Positions 1 through 8,198 of a stretch of DNA of 64,000 nucleotides are shown piece after piece; the first letter of the stretch is position 1; the number at the start of each line of letters is the position of its first letter. The position numbers and the translations under genes are program-made. The notes below the pieces were generated by a model. It did no database searches and was not told where the DNA came from. It saw only the letters and a program-made list of their open reading frames with translations. The stretch spans positions 189,336 through 253,335 of the IMG/VR virus record IMGVR_UViG_3300009709_000001; one strand, written 5' to 3'. The DNA comes from a virus (lineage: Duplodnaviria; Heunggongvirae; Uroviricota; Caudoviricetes).

Positions 1-826
1 GATAGATAAGAATCGCATCTTCTAACAATTCCTTCTGTTTGTAAACCTTATAGATTTGTTCCAGAATACTTAGACCAAAAGGCCAAGCTGCATTCATACC
101 ATCAGTGAGAGATAGTTGGACAATGTGTTCAGCATCTACTGCCAAGGCGCCACCGTCCTGATAGTTCGCTGTTCCGGCTCCACCGTAACCACCAGAAATG
201 TAATTCATATTACCTTGCATTGGCGGCGAAAACACGACACTGTTGGATCCAAATGCTTCATTTGAAACTTTGTTAAGTTGGTTTGTGGCAACCATACTCT
301 TAACATTTAGGTCTACATCCTTAATGAAATAGCTTTCAATTTTCTTACCATCGCTTTCGTTAACGATAACCTTTTCGACCTTAGCCGGGTCAACCCAATA
401 AAGTTCGAATGTTTCAGGATCGCGAATGAAAAACTGATCACCGTACTGTAATGTCGATCTAAACATTCTCCATAGACGTTTGGTTAGTTTATTCAATCTA
501 ACCCATTGTCCTAGAGATTTTTCTAGAATCTGAATTTCAGATGGTGTAGGATCATCATTATATTTGATAACCAATGGCAATTGAGTTGTTTCGTCGTTTT
601 CTGTTCCAAAGTCGGCAATAGTATCTAACGCCGCGCTGATTTCATGATCGAAATTCATCTGATCATAAACAGAATATCTTTGCAGACGATCCGGCGGACC
701 AGAATATACTTCCGGTAGCCAGTTACTATACTTCGCTGTCGAAGCATATGCAGAGGTACTATCAACAGTTCTTTGTGCAGCCGGAAGAACTGAGTTTACA
801 GGACGAAACATTTTCTTCCAAGTCAT
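1..826 (-). CDS. Portal protein (T4 gp20-like), 5' part; runs off the window
   Basis: Manually translated, not in the ORF track: ATG at 826, MTWKKMFRPVNS...WLPEVYSGPPDRLQRYSVYDQMNFDHEISAALDTIADF...MFRSTLQYGDQFFIRDP..., typical of T4-superfamily portal N-termini; ATGA overlap with the upstream gene. Confidence 0.85.
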   Translation of the reverse strand, partial: MTWKKMFRPVNSVLPAAQRTVDSTSAYASTAKYSNWLPEVYSGPPDRLQRYSVYDQMNFDHEISAALDTIADFGTENDETTQLPLVIKYNDDPTPSEIQILEKSLGQWVRLNKLTKRLWRMFRSTLQYGDQFFIRDPETFELYWVDPAKVEKVIVNESDGKKIESYFIKDVDLNVKSMVATNQLNKVSNEAFGSNSVVFSPPMQGNMNYISGGYGGAGTANYQDGGALAVDAEHIVQLSLTDGMNAAWPFGLSILEQIYKVYKQKELLEDAILIY

Positions 827-1329
827 TTTACTCTCCTGTTTTGTGCTTCACGTCGAGCAGCCGACCACGGCTGACCTTTCTTAGTTTCAGAAATCTTTTG
901 ATTTCTTCCATCATCGATTCTTCCCATATTTGCCTTTCTAATATTTTCGGCATGCTCTGCAGACTTTTTCTTTCTGTAGTTTTTCTTCTGTTCTTCGGTC
1001 CTAATCTTGCCAGAATTTCCTTTAGAGATTTTTATTCTAGATTCGATACTTAATTTCTTTCCTAGCATACCCCTAGGACTCGCATGACCGCCATGTATCT
1101 TATTTTCAAGTATTCCAGTTCCATCAATCTTTAAACCATAAAATTCAGTAAGTTCTCGTTCGATACAAAGCGCTTCCTGTTCGGTAAGATTAAATTTAAT
1201 TATTTCAATCTGAGATTTATCTTTAGGAACCCTTTGTCCACGGTGTAAATCATAAGCTCTATTACCGTGACCCATACCGATATAATATGGCTGTCCATTT
1301 TCCATATATCGATAAACATAATAGCTCAT
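823..1329 (-). mobile_element. Free-standing GIY-YIG-like (Seg-type) homing endonuclease with NUMOD3-like basic repeats
   Basis: YYVYRY...PYYIGMG..NRAY, EQEALCIERELT, LENK..GG, then basic K(L/H)S.E.R.KIS repeats; inserted between tape measure and portal. Confidence 0.75.
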
Positions 1330-3929
1330 TGGTTTCTCGTATATCTCAAAATATCCTTGTTAACGGCAAGCAAGCCATTAATACCAAGAAGAATTTGTTC
1401 CTGTAACAACCCTTGATAATTGAGTAGACTATTTATGTCAGTGTTACGGGCGGCTTTCTCAAGACTTGATCCAGGTTGCGACGATGGAATACTTGCAGCC
1501 ATTTCAGTATTTGTCGAAGGCTGTTCTTCCTTGGGTGCATTTCCTGCCGATGGACTATCGATTGTAGAACGCATCGGTGTTTTCGGAACTGTAACAACTT
1601 TCTCTAGTGTCGACTGTTTTGCCTGAGCAGGAGGTGTTACTACAACCACTGTAGGTTGTTGTGTCTGAGGTTGTGGTGTAGGTTTTGTATTTTGTTTATC
1701 TACTCTTGCCTTACGTTCTTCGTCAGCCTTGGCTTCTTGTTCTTCTAACTTTCTGCGACCCTCAATTCGATCTCTCGCATCGGAACCAATTGATCCCGGA
1801 ATATAGGAAAGAAGTTTATCGATTGCTTGGAAAACAAAATCGAACAATTTTGTTACAAATTCAAATTTACTTAGAATTTTATTAAGTTGAGTTCCAATCA
1901 TGTAACCAATGTCGAAAGCACCCCATAGGGCCCCAAGTACACCAAGGAAACGGCCTGCAAAGCCGAGAACTTTTCCTAAGAAGGCACCTAGGTCTGCAAG
2001 GATAGGTCCAACTCTAGAAAGTAAACCTTCAAACAATGTTCCGATACTTCCAAAGAATTTAGAAAACACATTCTTAATCCAGGATCCAGCAGCAACAATA
2101 CCATCGACGATTGCCGAAAATGCATTCTTAAACCAAGTGCCGATATTAGAACCTATCCCGGTAATTGCATTCTTAAGCCATGTACCAGCAGAAACAATTC
2201 CATCACCCACTGCTGAAATCTTGGATAGAATATTTGCCCATAGGTTAGTTAGCTTTGTGCCCATTCCGGAAAACGCAGAAGAAATAAATTCTCCGGCGGC
2301 CATAAACGGTCGTTTAATAAATCCAAAAATTGCTTTCGCACCATTTGCAATTCCGGAACCAAGACTCTTAAATGCTCGAGTAACTACACCCTTACCATTT
2401 AATAATTTCGAAGTAATAGCATCAAATTTTCTAATTGCCAAAGTTACCGATGCAATTAGACCAGTTGCAATAACACCGACACCAATCCAGCTTCTTGTCT
2501 CACCATTAATTTTACCAATGACACCATAGATAGCATCATTGAGTAATTTCATTGCACCGGTTACAGCGTTAACTTGAGATTCGAGTGGGAAGAATGCTGC
2601 TTGAAGACTTGCTGTAAACTTTTCAACCTGAGTTTGCAGGCCGGCAATAGTTGCTTCAGTCTTGGTTGCACTATCCTGTTGTTTTTCGGTTGCATTAGAA
2701 ACACCACGAGCTTGTTGTTGCAAACCATTAATGAGTTCCAACGATGCCTGGGCTGATTGATTTCCGGCTGCTAATTGACTTTGCAGGGCAGAAATAGTTC
2801 CCGGTGAAATTCCTTTAAGAAGAGAATCTAATCTTTTCTGAGCTTCTGTAGGATCCAGGTATCTAGCATCTTTTGCAAGTCTACCGAGTTGATTTGCTAA
2901 GTCACCAAGACCAGCGTGTTGCAAATCTTTATAGGCCTGAGTAAAGACTGGATCGATTGCGGCAGCCATTTGCTGGAATACCTTACCAACACTTTGATCT
3001 TTAAATCCAGCAGTAAATTCCGCCACTCTTTTTGCCGCTTCTTCACCGTAGGTTGCTGCAACCAATGTTGAATCAGCCGAGCGAGCGTTCGCCTTCATAT
3101 TCTCTTGAAGTTGCTGTCTGCTCAATCCGACAGTCTGCGACAACTTGTTTAAATCGGCACCCAATTTAATTGCATCGGCCGCAAGGGAATCCGCAGACTT
3201 GCCACGAATATCTGAATAGCCAGATTCGGCCTCCATCAAAGTTCCGAGCAATTCTGCCTGTTGTTCTGAACTGTAGCCAAGGGCTATCAGTTTCGTATTG
3301 GTCATTGAAAGAGTTTTACCAAACTTTGCAACACCGACTGCATTAACAGTGGTCGAATATTTTTCCATTACCTTCTGTAAAGTTTCAAGACGCAGACCAG
3401 TTTGATTGACAAGCTTGTTTAGCATATCAAATCCACTGGTAGTTTCATCCTGACCATTTAATACATTAATACCGGATTTATATAGGGAATCGTATACATC
3501 GAGATAGGCAGACTCGGCTTTAAAAACCTTTGTGCCAATTGCTGCCAAGTTTCCAAGAGCGAAGTTAACTCGATCGTTGAAAAGTTTATCTTTCTTTTCC
3601 CTTTCTCTTTTTTGCTTCTCAGCCTTTTCGTCGTCTTTGGCACGCTTCTGCTGCTTTTCGCCTTCCTTATTAGCTTTCGCTAAATTCTTAATGTATTCAT
3701 CAAGACCCTTGTTGACTTTATCAACATCGTCGGCAGAAAGGCCGTTACCTTTAGAGGTAGCAGACTTTATGAGTTGAGCAAGGGATTTTGTTTGAACATC
3801 GAGACTCTTTCTAAGATACATCTCAATGTGTTCCGCTGTATCCTGAGTAGCCCACGGCGGAAGCCCGTTAAGGGCATCGGTAAAAGCGCCTTCTGCAGCG
3901 CCTGTTATGAATACTGAATTATCAGCCAT
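1326..3929 (-). CDS. Tail tape measure protein
   Basis: 867 aa, Ala/Leu/Gln-rich helical sequence, periodic W/F repeats (GTWLKNAITGIGSNIGTWFKNAFS), hydrophobic C-terminal segments; late motif upstream; next to the gp26-like gene. Confidence 0.7.
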   Translation of the reverse strand: MADNSVFITGAAEGAFTDALNGLPPWATQDTAEHIEMYLRKSLDVQTKSLAQLIKSATSKGNGLSADDVDKVNKGLDEYIKNLAKANKEGEKQQKRAKDDEKAEKQKREREKKDKLFNDRVNFALGNLAAIGTKVFKAESAYLDVYDSLYKSGINVLNGQDETTSGFDMLNKLVNQTGLRLETLQKVMEKYSTTVNAVGVAKFGKTLSMTNTKLIALGYSSEQQAELLGTLMEAESGYSDIRGKSADSLAADAIKLGADLNKLSQTVGLSRQQLQENMKANARSADSTLVAATYGEEAAKRVAEFTAGFKDQSVGKVFQQMAAAIDPVFTQAYKDLQHAGLGDLANQLGRLAKDARYLDPTEAQKRLDSLLKGISPGTISALQSQLAAGNQSAQASLELINGLQQQARGVSNATEKQQDSATKTEATIAGLQTQVEKFTASLQAAFFPLESQVNAVTGAMKLLNDAIYGVIGKINGETRSWIGVGVIATGLIASVTLAIRKFDAITSKLLNGKGVVTRAFKSLGSGIANGAKAIFGFIKRPFMAAGEFISSAFSGMGTKLTNLWANILSKISAVGDGIVSAGTWLKNAITGIGSNIGTWFKNAFSAIVDGIVAAGSWIKNVFSKFFGSIGTLFEGLLSRVGPILADLGAFLGKVLGFAGRFLGVLGALWGAFDIGYMIGTQLNKILSKFEFVTKLFDFVFQAIDKLLSYIPGSIGSDARDRIEGRRKLEEQEAKADEERKARVDKQNTKPTPQPQTQQPTVVVVTPPAQAKQSTLEKVVTVPKTPMRSTIDSPSAGNAPKEEQPSTNTEMAASIPSSQPGSSLEKAARNTDINSLLNYQGLLQEQILLGINGLLAVNKDILRYTRNQ

Positions 3930-3951
3930 AGATTTTCTTGATTAAGTACCG

Positions 3952-3960
3952 TGATAAATA
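3952..3960 (+). promoter_or_regulatory. Late promoter TGATAAATA for the gp26-like gene
   Basis: Motif recurs upstream of structural genes; resembles the T4 late promoter TATAAATA. Confidence 0.7.
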
Positions 3961-3980
3961 AGCGAAACAATATCAAATAC

Positions 3981-3989
3981 TATTTATCA
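3981..3989 (-). promoter_or_regulatory. Late promoter TGATAAATA for the tape measure-portal operon
   Basis: tatttatca on the + strand, about 50 nt upstream of the tape-measure ATG. Confidence 0.7.
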
Positions 3990-4008
3990 AAGTATTTTCA
4001 GGAGAATT

Positions 4009-4881
4009 ATGGACAGACCAATGACACAAATGCCACAGGCACCTGCAGCAAGAGCAAATCCTCTATCGCAGTTCTTCAGATCTGTGAAAATGTATATTTC
4101 GCTACCAAGCGGAAGCGCCTATTACGGACCCGGCGTTGTTAACCTAACTGCATCTGGTGAAGTCGGTGTTATGGCAATGACCGGCAAAGACGAAATTGCA
4201 CTAAAGAATCCAGATGGATTGCTAAACGGCGAAGCCTTGATTGAGGTTATAACGAGTTGTGTTCCGAATGTAATCAATCCACGAGCATTGCTCGCAAACG
4301 ATATTGATGCAATCATTACTGCAATTCGATATGCAACTTACAACGATACTCTCGAAACAGAGTTAATCTGCCCTAACTGCAAGGCCGAAAATACGTTTAA
4401 GGTCGATATGCAACAAGCGCTCGATCATATGGAATTCCTTGATCCAGAATACATTGTGGATCTTGAGAGCGGATTGAGTGTTTTTGTAAAACCTTATGCC
4501 TTCCCCGAAATTCTAAAGGGTTTGCATATCCAACTTGAAAACGCAAAAATCGGTCGTGCTATCGATAGCCAACAACTTACCGACGAACAGCGTTCAGCAA
4601 TGTTTGGCAAGGCCTTCAAAGAAATTGCAACCACAAAGTTCGAATTGCTAACTACGGCTATCGTTAAGATTCAGAAAGAATCGGATGGGCTTGAAGTTAC
4701 TGACAAGAAATTCATCAAAGAATTCCTAGTAAACATCGATAAGAAGGATGTTGATAAAATTCACGACCTTATTGAAAAGATTAATCAGATTGGTATCAAA
4801 AGAACTTTCCAAGCTAAATGCTCGGCTTGCGAACACGAATGGGAAAGTGACATTGACTTCAATCCAGTAAATTTTTCCTGA
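4009..4881 (+). CDS. T4 gp26-like baseplate hub / tail assembly chaperone
   Basis: LPSG..YY, MTGKDEI.LKNPD.LLNG, D.DAI..AIR.ATY, CPNC and CSAC Zn pairs, ends PVNFS; GGAG SD. Confidence 0.75.
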   Translation: MDRPMTQMPQAPAARANPLSQFFRSVKMYISLPSGSAYYGPGVVNLTASGEVGVMAMTGKDEIALKNPDGLLNGEALIEVITSCVPNVINPRALLANDIDAIITAIRYATYNDTLETELICPNCKAENTFKVDMQQALDHMEFLDPEYIVDLESGLSVFVKPYAFPEILKGLHIQLENAKIGRAIDSQQLTDEQRSAMFGKAFKEIATTKFELLTTAIVKIQKESDGLEVTDKKFIKEFLVNIDKKDVDKIHDLIEKINQIGIKRTFQAKCSACEHEWESDIDFNPVNFS

Positions 4882-5108
4882 GGTCCTTAATTACTTTACC
4901 AGCCGAGAAATTAAGAGACCTGATCGATTCCTACATTAAGGATGGTATCAGTCTTAAAGAGCAAATCTCTGACCTCATATACCACATGGAAGGCGGCATT
5001 GAATTCAATTCTGCCTGGGGTATGAGTTTCGAGGACAGAGAGATTGCAGTAAGGATTATAAACAAGAGACTCAAAGAACAGAACCCAGGTGGTAAGGAAT
5101 ATATGTAA
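4875..5108 (+). CDS. gp51-like segment, probably a -1 frameshift extension of 4009..4881
   Basis: Open -1 frame FLRSLITLPAEKLRDLIDSYIKDG...HMEGGIEFNSAWGMSFEDRE...KEYM*, bounded upstream by TGA at 4854; slippery A-AAT-TTT at 4869-4875. Confidence 0.6.
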   Translation, partial: FLRSLITLPAEKLRDLIDSYIKDGISLKEQISDLIYHMEGGIEFNSAWGMSFEDREIAVRIINKRLKEQNPGGKEYM

Positions 5109-5110
5109 TC

Positions 5111-5680
5111 ATGCATAAGAAAACTATTCTCAAAGACATAGATGTACCTGTCAATGATCTAGATTGCTGGGAGAGATATCCGAAACATCGTTGGGTATAT
5201 GAGGCCACACGCCTGTTTGATACACAAAATATTTCGTGGTCCTTATTCAGCACAAAAGAACAAGATTCTGCTGTCAGGTGCATTGACATAGACACTGCTG
5301 AGAGCTATAAAACTGGGCAAATTTTCACAAAAACTCCAACTGGGACTCATATGTTCACAGAGGTGTTTATCGTCAAGGGCGAGATCAAACACATCAGGCA
5401 TATCGATCCCACAAGTGGAGAACTTCAATCGCAAATAATCGGAGAAATCGAGCTAAAACTCAATGCCTTCGTGACATTGCATTTTCAAAAGTTTACTGGT
5501 GTCATCACGACAGAAACTTATTCAAACGAGATTCATAGTATTCGTCTCAAACCAAAGTCAGACCTAGGCCAAGAAACAAATTTAGAAATAGTTAAACTGA
5601 TTAAGAGAATTTACAAGAAAACAGATTTAACATTAAGCGGTCTTACAGACCGTGTTTTTCATGAATCACTCGCTTCGTAA
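5111..5680 (+). CDS. Hypothetical protein, possibly a degenerate ATP-grasp-like fold
   Basis: 189-aa ORF with D..CWERYPKHRWVY and FTGVITTE motifs; fold assignment is weak. Confidence 0.5.
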   Translation: MHKKTILKDIDVPVNDLDCWERYPKHRWVYEATRLFDTQNISWSLFSTKEQDSAVRCIDIDTAESYKTGQIFTKTPTGTHMFTEVFIVKGEIKHIRHIDPTSGELQSQIIGEIELKLNAFVTLHFQKFTGVITTETYSNEIHSIRLKPKSDLGQETNLEIVKLIKRIYKKTDLTLSGLTDRVFHESLAS

Positions 5681-5699
5681 ACTACGCTCGTAATTCCTT

Positions 5700-6374
5700 C
5701 AAACAAGATGCTGCGCATCTATCAAGAACAATATTGATTGTTTTCAAACTGCCTGACGGTAGAGTCAGACCAAGGGTATCTAAAACCTAGATACTGGACA
5801 GCTTGACAGCGTCGCCAGACGTTGAACCGAAATATTTGTGCAGTGTTGGATTGATTATGTCAACTGCGCGCTACTCCCATAGCGTTTCGGAAGGGGCCTA
5901 AGATCTTGCGAGATCATACGGGCTCATCGAATGCGTAACTTTTCTTCAACGAAAAAGTTACTCGACCTGTGGGCCATACCCTGTTTTCACATACCCACAG
6001 CAACTTGATATTCATCTTAATACCGAATACACGGCTTTCTTATGAATTTGCCGATGTCTACCCATCGGGCCTGTCTATTGCGCTCCATTCCGAACGATAC
6101 GACCTGCGCTATAAAGGTGCGCTAACCTATTGTAGAATAACCGAATTGTATTGGATTTAATTAAGGATTGGGTTTTGTGCTTTCGTTGTAAAACCTAAAT
6201 GCTGTTGACCTTATACGTTCACGGGGCGCATTAGTCCCGCTATCTGTTTTTATCTGCTTTCGTGTACTATAAAACATCAGCTTTGCGCTGTTGTTACACT
6301 ATTTTAGCAGAACAAAATTGCGCTGGCTCATAATATTGAGCGCAAGCGCAAACAGGGCCCAAAGGCCCTGTTTT
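5700..6374 (+). ncRNA. Candidate large structured non-coding RNA (~680 nt)
   Basis: ORF-poor gap with more than 12 hairpins, nested long-range helices (5796-5801/6071-6076; 5827-5832/5885-5890; 6079-6086/6223-6230), G-U pairs favouring the + strand, complementary loops GGTAGA (5758-5763) and TCTACC (6057-6062); ends at a terminator. Confidence 0.7.
6350..6374. terminator. Probable bidirectional intrinsic terminator
   Basis: AAACAGGGCC-CAAA-GGCCCTGTTTT between the ncRNA region and the convergent endolysin stop. Confidence 0.7.
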
Positions 6375-6388
6375 ATCGTGTTTTACCG

Positions 6389-6973
6389 TCAGGAAAAGTC
6401 TACATCCGGATTGGTTGTGAAGTCGCGCATTTCAGAAATTCTGCGCAACCAGCCTTTTAAGAAACGACCCTGCTCGGGCTTTCTTGCAACAATGGCTTGA
6501 TAGAATTGTTCACGTTGATCGCAAATTGACATGCATAGTTCGATTTCGTCCATACTATTGACTGCGCCTAGACTTTGTGGGCCAAGAATACCATCAGTTG
6601 ACATACCGACAGCAGCCTGCAAAAATTTGTTGGCGCGACCAATTCCGTGATTTACACAACCGTCAAAGTGAAGGACTGCGACGCGCGGCGGCAGTTGATC
6701 ACAGGAACCAGTTAACCAGTATCTGCGATAATAGACATCCTTCGCCGTTGCCCAATCTAGATTGGTAATGTCAAGGTCTTGGTTAGCATTCTTTGCTACA
6801 CCATATTTTGTTTCACCACCGCGATCGAGTGGATCGTTGACATAGCCAACATTTCTTCTTTGCTGAGGAGTATCAATTAACCCCGCCTCGACTTCGGGAG
6901 TTAGACGCCACTGACTGCCAACTTCGTAAAGCATGGCATGATTCACTGCATCTTCGAACGCATTCGAGTACAT
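6389..6973 (-). CDS. Endolysin, glycoside hydrolase family 108 with C-terminal peptidoglycan-binding domain
   Basis: YVNDPLDRGGETKYGV, FDGCVNHG, DGILGPQS, FLKGWLRRI. Confidence 0.88.
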   Translation of the reverse strand: MYSNAFEDAVNHAMLYEVGSQWRLTPEVEAGLIDTPQQRRNVGYVNDPLDRGGETKYGVAKNANQDLDITNLDWATAKDVYYRRYWLTGSCDQLPPRVAVLHFDGCVNHGIGRANKFLQAAVGMSTDGILGPQSLGAVNSMDEIELCMSICDQREQFYQAIVARKPEQGRFLKGWLRRISEMRDFTTNPDVDFS

Positions 6974-6994
6974 AGGATCCTCCTTTATTTCCAG

Positions 6995-7002
6995 TATTTA
7001 TA
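6995..7002 (-). promoter_or_regulatory. Late promoter TATAAATA for the endolysin
   Basis: Exact T4 late consensus upstream of a GGAGG SD. Confidence 0.65.
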
Positions 7003-7007
7003 AACCG

Positions 7008-7016
7008 TGATAAATA
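7008..7016 (+). promoter_or_regulatory. Late promoter TGATAAATA for the resolvase
   Basis: Recurring motif, back-to-back with the endolysin promoter. Confidence 0.6.
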
Positions 7017-7036
7017 ATGAAAACAGGGGATTTAAT

Positions 7037-7594
7037 ATGCCATCGAAATCAAAAGCAAAGGGTAACAGTTGGGAACTAGATGTCGCAAAGTTTCTCACAG
7101 AAACTTACGGTGAAACTTTCTTGCGTGTTCCAAGTAGCGGAGCGTTTGTCGGCGGCAAAAATGCTCATAGGAAAACTACTCTAGATGCTTCACAGCTTCA
7201 GAGTAAGAAGGGCGATATACACCCACCACAGTCGTGGAAACATTTTAACTGCGAATGTAAATCCTACAAAGATTTTCCATTTCACCAGTTATTCTATACA
7301 GACGTGAAAATCCTCGACTCGTGGATTCAACAGCAACACGATGTCGAGGATGTAGGTGACTTGAATATTATCTTAATTAAGATTTCAAGGAAGGAACGAT
7401 GGGTTGTTGTGCCTCAATCACTAGGTTTTGTAACCACTCGAGCCCTGGAGTATAAGGGATGGGTGTTCTTAGAATGGGATCAGTTTTGGTCTTCTTCGCA
7501 GAACGTTTCTTTGGTTGAGAAGCTTTCAAAAGACGCAACTGTTTCTTTGTTTCCTTTTCCAGTAGTTCCCGAGCCTTCTTCTCAGACCGCTTAG
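7037..7594 (+). CDS. Holliday junction resolvase (PD-(D/E)XK)
   Basis: SKAKGNSWE, RVPSSGA, GDI, ECKSY; start moved to ATG 7037 after the GGGG SD. Confidence 0.75.
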   Translation: MPSKSKAKGNSWELDVAKFLTETYGETFLRVPSSGAFVGGKNAHRKTTLDASQLQSKKGDIHPPQSWKHFNCECKSYKDFPFHQLFYTDVKILDSWIQQQHDVEDVGDLNIILIKISRKERWVVVPQSLGFVTTRALEYKGWVFLEWDQFWSSSQNVSLVEKLSKDATVSLFPFPVVPEPSSQTA

Positions 7595-8135
7595 TCTTAT
7601 AGTTTTCAAACGGCAGTTCAATATCTTGAAGAATGCCGTCAAAACCATCTACTTCAAAATCCCACCAATTAACGATAGTCTTAGCAGATACTTTTCTGTT
7701 AGGCGTACCGTCTAGGTTGAAATTAATTTCGATATTACTCGACTTAGGAATGTGAGCATATGCCGAACCCGGGATGAGAAAGAAATAGAAAGTATCTGTT
7801 AGTCTTTCGTAGATAACACATCGCAATAACCCTTTCTTATTGAAAATATCCCTAATTGGTGCAGAATATTTTGTGCCAGAAAAAGTCCATCGTACAGATG
7901 AACTTTTAGCATCAGTACCGTCGACAAAGTCTCTGCCGACGGTATCGTGTCTTTCTAATCCCTTTTTCTTTGAAATTGCAGCTTCTAGGAGCTTCCCAGC
8001 TCCGAATAATCTATGTTTAACCATGTCTTCTTCGTAAGCATGTTTTCTGATTACGGCAGACGCGTCGGGATAGATTATTGGATGTAACAATCCAAAGAAT
8101 TTTTCGTCTAGAATAGGATCTTTATCTTTTGCCAT
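7377..8135 (-). CDS. Hypothetical protein, possible PD-(D/E)XK nuclease
   Basis: LLEAAI...GRDFVDGTDAKS motif and basic C-terminus; overlaps the resolvase 3' end by 218 nt. Confidence 0.5.
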   Translation of the reverse strand: MAKDKDPILDEKFFGLLHPIIYPDASAVIRKHAYEEDMVKHRLFGAGKLLEAAISKKKGLERHDTVGRDFVDGTDAKSSSVRWTFSGTKYSAPIRDIFNKKGLLRCVIYERLTDTFYFFLIPGSAYAHIPKSSNIEINFNLDGTPNRKVSAKTIVNWWDFEVDGFDGILQDIELPFENYKTKRSEKKARELLEKETKKQLRLLKASQPKKRSAKKTKTDPILRTPIPYTPGLEWLQNLVIEAQQPIVPSLKS

Positions 8136-8198
8136 GTGTCCTTTATTTTTCTGTGTTGAATCTAGTTTGCACGAAATCCCACAGAAAAAGCAAATTTA

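Noticed and set aside
1420-3777. Antisense ORFs (e.g. 1909..2529) and similar shadow ORFs across the window such as 52557..53051
   Set aside because: Opposite-strand shadows of well-supported genes, with no motifs
3951-4142. ORF 3951..4142 and the 7007 start, both beginning MIN
   Set aside because: Artefacts of the GTGATAAATA promoter motif being read as a start codon
5700-6374. Identification of the structured region as tmRNA, RNase P RNA, a group I/II intron or a tRNA cluster
   Set aside because: No T-arm/CCA end, no GAGGAAAGUCC, no domain V, no convincing P7 pair and no interrupted host gene seen
5969-6500. ORFs 5969..6160 and 6291..6500
   Set aside because: Short, non-ATG starts, no SD or motifs; they overlap RNA structure and a terminator
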